The notes under the pieces were generated by a model. It searched no databases and had not been told where the DNA came from. It worked only from the letters and a program-made list of their open reading frames with translations. From Hydrolagus colliei (lineage: Eukaryota), in assembly GCA_035084275.1 (NCBI GenBank), contig CM068756.1, forward strand, positions 14,694,001 to 14,758,000: a DNA stretch of 64,000 bases, in the 5' to 3' direction. Of the stretch, positions 12,349-25,830 are shown in pieces. The translations under genes and the position numbers were made by a program. Each line of letters begins with the position of its first letter. The stretch's first letter is position 1.

Positions 12349-12858
12349 GTGAGAAATAATGAATTTAGACATGATACCTTTCAATCCCTAATCTATATTG
12401 GATTAGAAAATAGAAGGAAAATCAAGTTGTTTACCATATTATTATTTATGTACTTCACCCTCTACAAATTGTTTCATTCCTTGGTAGAGTTACACAGATC
12501 CTTCATAACTTATTAAAATAATCATTCTTAATGTGAATCTTGGACTGTGAGTACGCCAAATTATTCAAATGTATGAACATTCTAGATGAATGATGTTTGT
12601 CCTCAAAAGCACAGTTTTGGAATTTTAGCAATTGCCTACAAACTGAATTTTCTCTTCTACTTGCCTTGTGAGAATTTATACAAGCTGCTATTAACCGTAT
12701 TTGTATATGAAAATGAATGTTTAACTCATAGTTTATTTTGCAACCAACCAAGACATACAGAACGCAGTGGTGGAAATTCTGATAGCATTTATTTGGGAGA
12801 TTTCTGAAGTAAGGCAACATAGTTTAATTAATTACATTTACAAACATTTACTTTCCAG

Positions 12859-12966
12859 CCAAAGGGAGCAAACAGGAACAAGCCAACATATGCATTGATG
12901 GATTTCTCTGGCTCCAAGAAAACAGGAAAGGCTAAACCTACCAACAAGAATACAGAATACGGCGAG
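12859..12966 (+). CDS. Gene A exon 7, cytoplasmic with PTYALM and TEYGE|V motifs
   Basis: ctttccag| acceptor, GAG|GTAAGG donor, 108 nt phase 0-0. Confidence 0.8.
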
Positions 12967-13089
12967 GTAAGGGTAATAAACCTCATGAAGCTAATAGTCA
13001 AGAAATGTTACAATACTAGGTATCAAAGCTGATTATTGGTTCATCTTGAGCATACTCCCTTCCATATAGATTAGGTGTCACTTATGGGT

Positions 13090-16000
13090 ATGTCAGTTAT
13101 GTTGGAGTCTCGGACCACTTTCTCTTCTCCTTCTCCTCTCGCATCCCTCTCTCCTCCACCAAGCTCTCAACTGTACTTTTCCGCCCATGGAAAAGTCTCC
13201 CCACTGAGTCCCTCACAGAGGCCCTCACATCCTTTGACTTCCTCTGGCCTTCCACCCACAATGATCATGAAGCAGCCATCCAGCTGCTTCATGATCACCT
13301 CTCCTCCACCTTCAACTCTCTAATCCCCCTGAAATCCAGGTCTATCTCCAAACTTACCCGCTCCCCCTGGTACAACATTCATCTCCACTCCCTAGAAACC
13401 CAAACCCGGCTGCTCGAGCGCAGGTGGCAGAAAACTGGGCTGACAGTTCACCACCAACTGCTTCAGGATCATTGTGGGTGGAAGGCCAGAGGAAGTCAGA
13501 GGATTTGAGGGCCTCTGTGAGGATCTCAGGAGGGAGACTTTTCCATGGGTGGAAAAGTGGCTTGAGCATCTCCACAGTTACCACCGTTCTTTATCTCGCA
13601 CAAAAATGGCCTACTACTCGAATATCATCCTAGAGGCAAAAAGTAACACAAAAGTCATTTTTTCCACCACCCACCACCTCCTCTGTGCACCCCCTCAGAT
13701 ATCCTCAATCTTCACTTCAAATGCGAAGTGCAAGGAGGTCATGACTTCTTCTCCTCCAAAATCCAAAACATCTGCCAGGCAGCCTCATCCTGCTGCCTCT
13801 TGTCAACCACAACCACCACCCCCATTCCATCCCACTCACCCTCCCCATCATCAGCTCCTAACACAACCCCATTCCTACATTCCTTCTCCCCCGTCTCTCC
13901 TTCCTCCCTCTCACTTAACATCACCTCTATGAAGCCCACCACCTGCTGCCTCGACTCCCTTCCCACCAACTTCCTGCTCACCCAGCTCCCCCTCCTCTGC
14001 CGCTGACATCATCAACTAGTCCCTTTCCACAGGATCAGTTCCTGCCTCCCTCAAAACTGCTGCCATCACCCTACTCCTCAATAAACCTCCCTTAGATCCC
14101 TGAAACCCCAGCCACTACTGCCCTATTTCAAACCTGTCCTTCTGTGAAGATGTAATTTTTTACTCGTTCCCAGAACCGTTGTCTTACAAACAGACCATAC
14201 ACCGTGGATAAGAAAATGTAAAGTTTATTTGCTATACCAAGAGCTGATTCTCAAAAGTCAACAGTCTCCAAGTAGAGTACCTGACAGTCAAAAGAATGAG
14301 CTGCCGGTGGTCGGTTAATGCAGCCTTTTTATACCCAAAAAGACAGGGGTTTGCAGTACACACAAAGACAGTTACAGAAGTATTACCAATCACAGGGTTC
14401 CAACAACTATTCGAATGGTGACATCACTCAATCCATGTCTCTCTAACAAAGTGAAATGTTAAAAACAAGCTTATCTCCAGATAGTGTCTAGTTTAGACAA
14501 TGTCAAGGTTTGCTGGAGTTACTGTTTTCTGCCCCGTGAAATACTCAGATAAGGATGCGAGTGGCATTGTGCCAATCTGCATTTCCCAGGACCTGTCTTT
14601 TTCATTTTGTTAGTGGGCCAAAAGCACAGAAATTACATCTAGGCATAAAATGGCTAATTTCATATTTTGTTAGTGGGTTAAAAGTATAGAAGTTACATCT
14701 AGGTATAAATGGCTAAATTTTACAATTTCACATTCCCTCCTTTTATCATATCCCATATGATAACAACAATTATTCATTTTTAATAATTATTTCATTTATC
14801 CCTTGCATTTCATTTTCCTCTTCCCAATATTTCCTGTCCTTTCTTACTTTTCGTTCTGCTAACTCTCTTTTTATTGTTTACTAGACCTTCTTTGAATACC
14901 AAGATACTGAGAGTTCTTTTAGTTCATTTATCACAATATTAGTTCTAATTAAATCATGAATTTGCATGCAGCATTCAATTCCAATAACCTTACACACTCC
15001 ACCATAACTAACTCAGCCAGTTGATCACTTGGACATTGTCCAGAAGCGATGTCAAAACCAGACTATCTAAAGGCCAGAGCTGTAGCCTCCCTTCTTTTCC
15101 CAGACCTTGAGATGGCTCTCCTGCTACTCACTTGGCAATTTCCCAAATGAGTACAATCCTTTGTGTCTTTGTTAATTGTTTCTCTCCCTTGTGCTCAAGG
15201 TTGCTGACTGTGCCTGTGTTGTGGATAGATTGTTTCAATTGGTGCCCGATTGGAACTAACTATAATTTTTAGTACAGTACCTCCATATCCCAACAGACCC
15301 CATCTTGAGAGTGAGAAAATACAATTTTCGATCTCTCACAACCAAACTACGCCTGTATTAATTTAGCAAGTTGTAAATTCCTTTTGTATCATTCTTGCGC
15401 AGCCCTCGGTGTAAATAGCATGTAAGCAGAAAAGTATGAAACCATAAGACATTGTAAAATCACAAAAACATAAGACATGAGAAGTACAGTTCAGAGCAAG
15501 ACATGTGTAGTACAGTTCAGTACAATTAATTAAGCAGATTGATACAGTGGCTGTGATTAGGAATCAACTTTAAAAAAAAAACGTAGTACAGTTTGTGTTG
15601 ATTGTAGAATATCTCCTTTTTTTTTCAAGATCGGTTAGACTTGTCTTCTTTGTTCTCAAACTCAGACGTTTTTGGTCACGCATCCAAATCTGTAGTGAGA
15701 AATTCAACAGCTCGTTTTGACCATTCACTGGTAAAATGTCCTCGAAAGTCCATAGAGTCAGTTTTGTTTCAGCAAACAAGTCCATGAGCCTTTATAATTT
15801 TCTTTTTTGGTCAATGTAAGACAAGACCAGAATGTCCAGTTCCCACCTCGAGTGGGTCAAACTGATTACCATCATCATTATCAAAATCTTCACAATTCCC
15901 TTTTACCTCAGCCACCACATCAATCGTTGCAACTTATTTTAGCATCTGTAACTACAGCACATCATTATCAATGATATCATTATTAACATAAACAGTACAG

Positions 16001-19000
16001 CCACAAAAATTATGAATAGCATTATTGAAATACTGGAATAAACAAACTAAATGGTTCAGAAGGGAGTGGATTTTTCCTTTTTGGACATGTCATCCCTCCC
16101 TGCGGGTTGTTCTGTAAACACGTGAGACATTTCTTACAAAAAAAAATTTTTTTGTATAAGAAGAGAATCCAAAGGTTGTATATCTGCTGTTTACCATAGA
16201 TACCATCCCTCCTTTTGAGACATGACATTTACCATGGCTCAATTCAGCCGCTATGGGAAACAATGCTTTTGGTAATACTGGTAATTCATCCGGCCCTATC
16301 CACAACCCCTCAGCTGTTTTGGTGCATTTATAGTTTTCCCATATGCGTATCTCTGGTGATTTTGCTTCACCTTGCATTTCTCGTAATAGGGTGTGGTCTA
16401 TTTCAGGTGTCTCTTGGATTTGTAAAATTACAGTATACTGACATTCTGAATACTATCAGTTCTCGAACTTCAATTGTCTTTATTCTACCTATCGACCCTG
16501 TCACCTCACACTCTACAACACCCAATGCATACAAAACACATACGGTTGCTAATGTACACGATTGACTGGGTTGCACTTGTCCACTCATCTCCCCCTGAGA
16601 TCGTCGAGTGAAATCAGCTTTGTGGGTGGGAGAGTTGGAGCGAAAAGTATAAGTTATCCCAGAAGAAGTGGCTGCATGGAATGCCATTCTTGTCAGTATC
16701 TGTAAGAACTAAATTACAAGGTGAAATCTCCCGTTTCTTTAAACATTTTCAGTTGTTAACATGACATTATCATTAACTGCAGAAACACTTTCATTCTATG
16801 TGGAAACCAAAGAGTTACGTAAATTCATTTTGTCCACTTAAACCAGAGTGCCTGCAGTCAGTGAATTTAAACTGCTCACAGTCAATGGCTGCAGTTAATT
16901 CTAACTGCCGCAAGTTAACTGCCACAAGCTAATTTATCCATATTTAATTTCTACAAACATTTTAAGTAAATGCTGGAATACACAAAATAAATGATACATA
17001 AAATAAATCAGGCTTTTTTAAAAAAAAATCTTATATCTTCAAAGTTTACTCTACTTTATCGCTTCGTTCTTGCGCCAAATATTCCAAATTATTGGTTGTA
17101 TTTTTACTGTGCTATTACTCAGTACATATGGAACGTGGGTAGTATCTGGCTTATACTCTGCGTCTAGAGAAAAGTCAGACCTATCACGGTCCGGTACTTT
17201 TAAAATAATCCAAAATCTATGGAACATGGATGACATCTGGCCATACTCTGCGTCCAGAGCAAAGTCAGACCCACCATTGTCCTCTTTAAATGCATACATT
17301 ACATAAAACATACAACAAAAGCTTTTCTTCAATTTGCTTTCTTTTTTTTATTTTAATTAATTATTTTAATTGATTTTAATTACAAGCTAAACCATATACA
17401 GGTACAAACTTTTTTTTACACTTCTTTTACACAATAAAAAGGTAACACATTGAGCTCAAGTTTTCTTAAGGACCGTACAGTCACAACTTCCTGTGGGGAG
17501 AAACTTTCAATTAGGAGTATTGTGACTGTTCGGATTGCTCTTTTTAAAGAATAGTTAGGGAGGCACAAGTCTATCAATAATATGCAGAGTGGCCTCAAAC
17601 TCATGTTGTGACTTTTGGCCTTCCCCAAATACTCATTCAAAGGGTCGCATACCCCATAGAGATCGTAAATTCAGATAGCAATTGCTTAAAAAAAAATGTT
17701 TTTCACCTGACATTTTGTCATCACACTTTCTTTTTAATCAGAACAAATGGTGTTATTGGAACATCAAATCCAAATTGTTTTCATTTCAATTTTATGTGTT
17801 TTTACTTATTAAAAAAAAACGGATTCTCAGTCAGGTTAATTAAAAAAATATGCCTGACTTGTTTGAATTTTCGAATGTAAGTCTCTACATTTAAATTTTT
17901 TTTATCAATATACATTTGGTTTTCGACTGTCTGGTCTTTGACTTTCAATTATCTGTTGTAGCATAACATAGTTAAACATATAAAACAATTGTATTAAATA
18001 CGGTAAATATAAAATTGTTATCAATACTTATACTCTAAAATCTTATACTTTACTTTCATGTGTAGTACTTCACAAATTCTTATACTTTAAATCTTATTCT
18101 TTACAACCTTAAACTTTAATGTTCTTATTCTACTTTTAATTAAAAAAACATGTATTTCTTTTATCACCGGCTACCAACTTATTTAACCACAAAATTGACA
18201 TTTTTGCTTCTATGCTTATATAGAAATTCTTAACCTCTAAAACTTATACTGAAACACCTTATTCTTTATCTTTAATCTTATTCTTTATTTCCAAATCTTA
18301 TATTCTAAAATTTCCAATACTTATACCGTATCTTACTTAATGGCCGGCCTCTAAATAACTTATATTGTAAATATGTACATGCAGCGCACTATCGTGACGT
18401 TGTTTAGGAGTGCGACTCCCCTGTGGTTTATTAGTTCATTTTTTTTAGTCCTTTTCCACAACCTCGCTTTTTCCATAATTGTCTGTTAGCTTGCCTAGAT
18501 AGTAAACTAAGTTTTGTCTCATATTCAGGGAATAATGTGCACATGATTTGGACCGGATCCTTATAACACCCGATACAACACCCGATACAACAAGTAACAA
18601 GTCAAAAAAAATTTAAGAAAATTGCTTATGCTAGAAGAACGTCATTCATTATTCAAACAAATTAAATCATTCAAAACTACAAGCACCATTACTAAACAAC
18701 ATGAGCTACTAACGGTTCAAACCTACAACACCCCTATGAAGACATAGTGGGCAGTTTGGCGATGAGCTCCATGCGTAAGGGGTTAGTTTGTCTAGCGATT
18801 AACAAATTTCCTTGTGTTTCCGTGCTACATCCGTTCAAAACTACCAGCAGGTTAGTTTGTGTTACGGTGAGCATTGTACGTACTCCACGTTATGTATGAA
18901 CCCCAACTGGCGGCTCCAATGAGCTCGCTCCAAACATCGGTGAGTTCCAATTACACCTTGTATAATGAGCTCCAGTAACAACAATATGAGCTCCAACCCC

Positions 19001-20615
19001 ACAAAGGGTTCCATTATACCTACACAATTGTTTTTGTTAAAACACAAATTTAGATTTTTTTTAACGTCTTCCACTATATTTTCATCTCCAATGGATGTAT
19101 CTTAACGGTTCTTTTATTGGGTCTCGTCAACAGTTACTTAGGTTCAATAGTCGTGGGTCACATTTGTTGAAAAAAACACCAATGAGAAACCAAGGTTTTA
19201 CAGATATTTTATCTCACCTTGTTGGCCTGTTTCTCGGATGCTGCTCCCAACAACTGTTCGACCTCTTATTCGACTACCCGTTCCTTGATGTAACGTTTTG
19301 AGACCCTGCTCGCAGCGCCAAATGTGAAGTTGTAATTTTTTACTCGTTCCCAGAACCGTTGTCTTACAAACAGACCATACACCGTGGATAAGAAAATGTA
19401 AAGTTTATTTGCTATACCAAGAGCTGATTCTCAAAAGTCAACAGTCTCCAAGTAGAGTACCTGACAGTCAAAAGAATGAGCTGCCGGTGGTCGGTTAATG
19501 CAGCCTTTTTATACCCAAAAAGACAGGGGTTTGCAGTACACACAAAGACAGTTACAGAAGTATTACCAATCACAGGGTTCCAACAACTATTCGAATGGTG
19601 ACATCACTCAATCCATGTCTCTCTAACAAAGTGAAATGTTAAAAACAAGCTTATCTCCAGATAGTGTCTAGTTTAGACAATGTCAAGGTTTGCTGGAGTT
19701 ACTGTTTTCTGCCCCGTGAAATACTCAGATAAGGATGCGAGTGGCATTGTGCCAATCTGCATTTCCCAGGACCTGTCTTTTTCATTTTGTTAGTGGGCCA
19801 AAAGCACAGAAATTACATCTAGGCATAAAATGGCTAATTTCATATTTTGTTAGTGGGTTAAAAGTATAGAAGTTACATCTAGGTATAAATGGCTAAATTT
19901 TACAATTTCACACTTCCTTGCCAAAGCATTCAAACATATTGTTGCCAACCAACATCGCACACATCTCTCCTCCCACTCCCTTTTTGAAACCCTCCAGTCT
20001 GGTTTCCACCCTGCCTACAGTACAGAGACTGCGCTTGTGAAAGTCACAAACGATGTCCTCTCTATCTGTGATCAGGATTCCCTCTGCCTCCTTATCCACC
20101 TGGACCTGTCCACTGTGTTTGACACAGTCGACCAAGGCATCCTCCTCCACCGCCTGTCCTCCATCACCCACCTCAATGGGACCTCACTCACCTGGTTCAA
20201 GTCCTACCTCACAAACTGCCAGCAGTACATCTCCACAAAAGGGTTTTGCTCCCGCTCTCACCCGATTATCTGCGGGGTACCCCAAGGATTCATCCTTAGC
20301 CCCCCTCTCTTCCTCATCGATATGCTCTCTCTTGGGGATGTCATCCGCCGACACTTCCACATGTACGCGGATGACACCCATCCGCGTACTATTTCTCCAC
20401 CTCACTTTGTGACCCCCAGTCCCCTGATGTTCTGTCAGCCTGCCTGTCAGACATCAGGAGCAGGATGAGCATGAACTTCCTACACCTGAATGTTGACAAG
20501 ACGGAAGCCACACTCTTTGGCTCTCGTCAATGTCTCCATTCGCACGGCTCTCAACTCCTCCACCTTCCCAAACTGCTGTTAAAACTCTCTGAATCTGTGC
20601 GCAACCTAGGCATCA
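13090..20615 (+). mobile_element. L2 fragment split by the ERV (13090-14142 and 19913-20615)
   Basis: Joining across the ERV restores the RT motif PISNLSF|LAKAFKHIVANQ; HMYADDT near 20360. Confidence 0.85.
14143..19912 (-). mobile_element. Endogenous retrovirus, internally deleted, young
   Basis: Two 590-bp TG...CA LTRs (14143-14732, 19323-19912), 4-bp TSD CTTC, PBS at 19303-19320 (tRNA-Ser-like), PPT at 14733-14747, integrase HHCC remnant near 16100-16300, env CX6CC (GGVCKVIGIECC) near 14954-15004. Confidence 0.92.
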
Positions 20616-20806
20616 GGGTGGTAGAAAGTGACTTAGAGGGCCTTGATCTTTTAAAAATATATATATATATATTTTTTTTTTATCACATTTTTCATAAAAA
20701 ACTTGCATATAACTAGAGCGAAGTCTACTAATGCAAACTTATAAATAGTATAAATAGTTGGCAGAGTCGCATAAAGTAACAGTATTCTGAAACTTTGTCT
20801 TTACAG

Positions 20807-20935
20807 GTCAAACAAGGGGTAAACAAGCTGACTTACGCTGCTCTGGATTTGGGCAGCTCAACAAAAATGGGAAAGCCTAAATCTAACAAGAATACACAAT
20901 ATGCTGAGCTACATATCAAAACTACAAACGCGTAG
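20807..20935 (+). CDS. Gene A terminal exon, ITIM LTYAAL and TQYAEL, stop
   Basis: ctttacag| acceptor, 43 codons ending TAG; clear paralog of exon 7; total CDS 1149 nt = 383 codons. Confidence 0.8.
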   Translation, partial: VKQGVNKLTYAALDLGSSTKMGKPKSNKNTQYAELHIKTTNA

Positions 20936-23289
20936 CAGAGGTTGTCACCAGTGAATCAGCAACCATATGATGTAGAGGAATCTGTGTTCTTTGTTGCTAC
21001 TCTATTTGTACCTCTCATGCACAACTGTGACTGTTAATGATTTTACTTTATTTAGTGATTTGTTTCAAGAGACCATTGATCTAAAACTATAGTTACTTAC
21101 ATTTTAATGCTTAGTAGAGAATTTTCCCTCCTCTACACATTCCACCTCATATGATTCTACTGACCTGGCCACTGCCTTCTTTGAGCAAACACTGGCCTCC
21201 ATCATGTAGATCAGCTCTACCACAATTGGGAGAGTGTTGACTGATTCTGTCCCATTCTCAACCTTAAAACTTACCTTAACACTTATTGTTTCACCACTCT
21301 ATAGGAAGCTTTACTCCCTTCCTCATCTACCAATACAAAACCACACCAAATTACATAAAGTTGGATTAGCGGTGCAAACAGTTTTTATAGCATTCTAATT
21401 AAGAGCACTTATGATTTTTATATTGTTATATCAGAAGTGTTCTGCTCTAAAAATGAACAGTTTATGAATTATTATTATGAACTACGTAACATTAAAATGG
21501 TTGTGAATCACTGAATGGTGAGTGGCTGTGGATAGCTATTATGTAATATCCATATTAATGCAATAACTGATATGTGCTACAAGACGGGATATCTTTCTGT
21601 ACATTTTTAAGTGTTTCCTGGTCCACTATTACTAAATCTTGGAAGTATGGTGGGTTCAATTCAAATTTATAATGTCTGTTAATTTGTCCTCTATTCCTTC
21701 ACAACCAAATCGCAGAACAAGTTTCGAATTACATTTTCTGTCATACTGTTTTTATTTCTTCATCAGTTAAGCTAGTAGCATTATATATTTAGGCCCAATG
21801 CCAAAGTAAAATCATTAAAGTGAAAACATATTGAGTGATGTCATATTTCTAAATTGTTATTATATAAATACGTATATCTTTACCTACTACTAAGATAATC
21901 AATGTTTTCCAAATACTCCTAGGTTGTAGTATTTGATGCTTAGGGACAGGTGCATGGGACTATCTCAAAAATTGCATTGATGGTTCCAAGATCAATGGTT
22001 TGGAGGAGAAAATCATGACAGTTACTAATGTAAGGTTTGACATACAGCAACACATGCAACATAGTGCCCTTCTTCAATATCATTTAAGAGTGCTTTGTGT
22101 AGTAGTCAGATGATGAGGAAGGGAACAGGTGACCATGAGCATGGTTTAAGGTGGGATTTAAACATGTAGTGAGTAGTCAAATGGGCTGGGGAAGGGATAG
22201 AGTGGGACAGTTGCAGGGGTTAGGTGCGTAATGACCGAAGGCAAGACCACTGGTAATGGTTCAGTTTGCGGGCTAACATGTCTGAGTAATCCAGTGGAAA
22301 AGGCTATCAAAGGAGTGTCATAGGTGATTGGGACAGTGGGGTTTGGTGTGAGTCAGCACTTGTGCAGTGGGTTTTGGATAAGAAGCATCCTGCAATTGTG
22401 AAACCAGGGAAGCCAGCGAAGAGTACAATATAAAATTTTAAACAATACCAATTTACCATTACACAGCTCATTTCATGTTGGAAAGATGTCCTAAAGTGCT
22501 CAAATGACTTGTTTGTTACCCAAGCTCTGGGTGGGAGTGAGGGCGAGGGGAAAGATAAATGAAGGTCCAGGCAACAGGTCTTGAGAAGGACTTAAAAGAG
22601 ATGAGGGAAGCAACAAGTCAGAGCGCTTCAGTTCCAGGATTGAGTTCCACAGAGTGGACAAAGATAGGCTGAGTACCAGATTGTTAGTCTGCGCTGGTTC
22701 TGTTGTGCACCTTGTTTAATTGTTGCTGATGGAAACTATGATATTGGATTTAGAGAATCAATATTTTCTATAAGAGAGTGAACTTTGGATCATTTTATTT
22801 ACTTGGAGGGAGGGAATGGGGAGGTAAGTCTGCATTTTGATCCTGATCAATGAACTAAAATATTTGCCACTGTAGCAAAGTATTGACATTAGCTCCCAGT
22901 AAACATTAAAGTGGCGGCTTCTGTACACAGGACACTCAGTAAAGATAATAACCCCCTGTATTTCGTAAAGCACCTTATTACATTATTGAGACATCTCAAA
23001 GTGCTTCACAGATTATATTATAAAGTGTAGTAACTGTATTTTGTGGGTGAAATTGAATAGCCAATTGTGCACAGCAGTGCCCCACAAACAGATTGAGTGA
23101 CCGATTTTATTTGAAGGATTGTTGGCCAGGACACCAAGAGAGACAGAAATTCCCTTCTCTTTTTTGATGTTCACCTGAACAAGCATATTGGACATTGGTT
23201 CAATGTTTCCTTGGAAGGATGGCACCTACAACAAGGCAAATCCCTATTCTACCACCCCCAGCCCCTCCATCACCATCAATAGCACTGCA

Positions 23290-24432
23290 TTGAAACTTGG
23301 GGCTACAAAGCACAACTTTCTGACTCAGAAGAGCCAAGTTTGGGGACCTCAGAATGTGTGTCGGGGTAACTGCTGAAGTCTAACCAGCAAAGACCACTTG
23401 CCATTGATATCACTGATCATTGGCAAGCTTTCCAGCTGCTTGTGCAGCAAATAGCAATAGCTGTGCTCTCCACCTCTCTAAGCCAGTCAAGAACCTGGGC
23501 ATCTTGCTTGACCCTGAACGATCTTCCTCCCCCGCCATGATTAATACTGCCTTCCACCACCTTTGGAAACATCGCCAGACTCTGCTGTTGCCTCACCCCT
23601 CAGGCTACCAAAACTCTAGTCTACACATTCATCATATCAAGGATCGACAATGGAAACTCCCACCTCAATGGCCTTTCTGGCTCTTCCCTTCACAAGGTGC
23701 AGATCATCCAGAATTCCGCAGCTCATGTCCTCACCCCCACCAAGCTCTGCAACCATATCACTCCCACCCTCGCCGGCTCCATTGGCTCCCCGTCCCGTCC
23801 CATCCCAGAGGATCAAATTCAAGATTCTCATCCTCACTTTCAAGGCCATTTACCACCTTGCCCAGCCCATCTCTCTGACCTGCTGTCCAATTATGAACCT
23901 GCACACCCCCTCCTTTCAGCGGGCTCCAGCCTGCTCCATGTCCCCCGCTCGACCCACCCACCATTGGTGGATGGGCTTTCCGCCTCTCTGCCCTCAAACT
24001 CTGGAACTGCATCCGCAGTCCCTTCACCTTGCTCCCTTCATTGCCTCCTTCAAGGCTGGTCTCAAGACCTTCCTCTTCGATCATGCCTTCTGCTGCCCCC
24101 CAAACTTTTGTTGCTGTCATTTTGTTGTTGTTGTTGTTGTAGGACCACACTACTTGTTAGGGCTTTGGTTTGCTGGGTTTACAGAAGTTGAGGGGGATGA
24201 GTCCCTGCCCCCAGTGACTGGTTGCAACATTAATCGTGATATTAATGCTACCTATCTCCCTGCTCCCCATCTCGCATCTTGCACCAGGTATATGAAGGTT
24301 TAGATACTGTTTGTTATTCAGAGAAGTTAACCGATCATGTGTGATTGTGTTAGACATATCAGCCCAGGGCAAAAAGAATGTACCACTTGTTATCACGTAT
24401 CCTGACACTGGGTGTGATGAATTCTGCTATTT
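23290..24432 (+). repeat. Dispersed repeat (homologous to 2250-2705) interrupted by an L2 3' fragment (about 23465-24140)
   Basis: Both halves align with 2250-2705; the insert encodes KPVKNLGILLD...KAGLKTFLFD and ends in (GTT)n. Confidence 0.7.
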
Positions 24433-25699
24433 AAACCCTCATTGGCCTCCATCACCCTGTTGCTATTTCCTGCCAAAAACAGGTAAATCTGTCCTGTATT
24501 GTCTTCAGAAAGGATGAAAATTATTTCCAGAATTTGGGTGCAAGGTGGCTGAAGACTCGCTGGCTGATGGTGGGCTGGGTGGGTTGAGGGACATGGAGCA
24601 GGCAGGAGCCACTGAGTGGAGGTAACATACACATTGGTAAGGGATCACAGAGGTAGGGTGGGGCACGGCAATGGAGTGCTTTAAAGATGAGTACCAGGAT
24701 CTTGAATTGAATCCTCTGAATAGTAGGGGGATCCACTCCCTCCACTCTAATAAGTCCAGCCTCCTCCTTGTCCCCTAAATCCTCTTCTCCACCATCAGTA
24801 TCTGTGCCATCAGCCACTGTGCTCCGAAAATTTGGAGCTCCCTCTCTCAACACCTTCATCTCACCCACTCCTTTGCCAACTTCAGGTCATGCTTGAGGAA
24901 CTTTCTCTTTGACAGCACTTATGGTCACTTTCACCCTCACCCTGGCTTGGCCTTGGGCTCCACCTTAATGAAGCACTCTCAGATTCCACTCTCCTCAAGA
25001 GCATGTTGAAGTTGTTTTTGTGCTTTAGCAATTCTGGAGTCCATTTAACATCTTCCATCAGCTGTTGACCCACTTTGCAGATGCTCGCAATCAACATGGT
25101 TGAATGATCATTGCAGAAAGTCTTGTGATATGCCAACCACCTTGATGTTTCAGAGGTCTAGTCCCAGTGCCACATATCTGAATAGCTAGCGCTCGAAGAT
25201 GTGCTCAAAAACATCCCAATCTTGCATCAAAAAAGACCCAATAGCACCTTAAACGACTGGGGAGGTGGGGGGAAAAAATCAGGTTCGTTTTGGTGTGCAT
25301 CTGTGGCCAGTTTACCTCCAGGTACACATTTCTACTCAGGGCATTTCTTTTGTTCACACTTGAACAAAATAATAATTTTAACAAATAATAATAATAACAA
25401 ACAATAATTTGGTCACTCAATTCACATCTGTTTGTGGGACCCTGCTGTGCACAAATGGCTGCCGGGTTTCGTCCACAAATATGCAATGAATTCACTTGAT
25501 ATAGTATATTTTGTGAAGCGTTTTGAGATGTCTGGAAGATGTGAAAATGCAAGGATTATTATTATCATCATACAATAGCCAGAGGAAACCTTTGGATGCG
25601 TTCCAAGGAGGTTATTCAGGAAAGCTGGTTGGAGACAGTCTTACACACCACAAGTTTAACCTCAATTTGGACCTGCCTAACTCTAAAGATGAAAATATC

Positions 25700-25830
25700 C
25701 AGACGTTGCTGGAAAAACTCAGCGGGTTAGGCAGAATCCATGGAGAAAGGATAGTGAGTCAACGTTTCGGGTCGACAACCCTTTGTCAGAACTGGAGTAT
25801 GTTGGGAGGGTATGTTGGAGGCTCGTCCCC
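25700..25830. repeat. Possible Penelope-like repeat end
   Basis: gctggaaaaactcagcgggttaggcag...acgtttcgggtcgac...cagaactgg resembles a motif I recall from chondrichthyan repeats; not verified. Confidence 0.3.
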
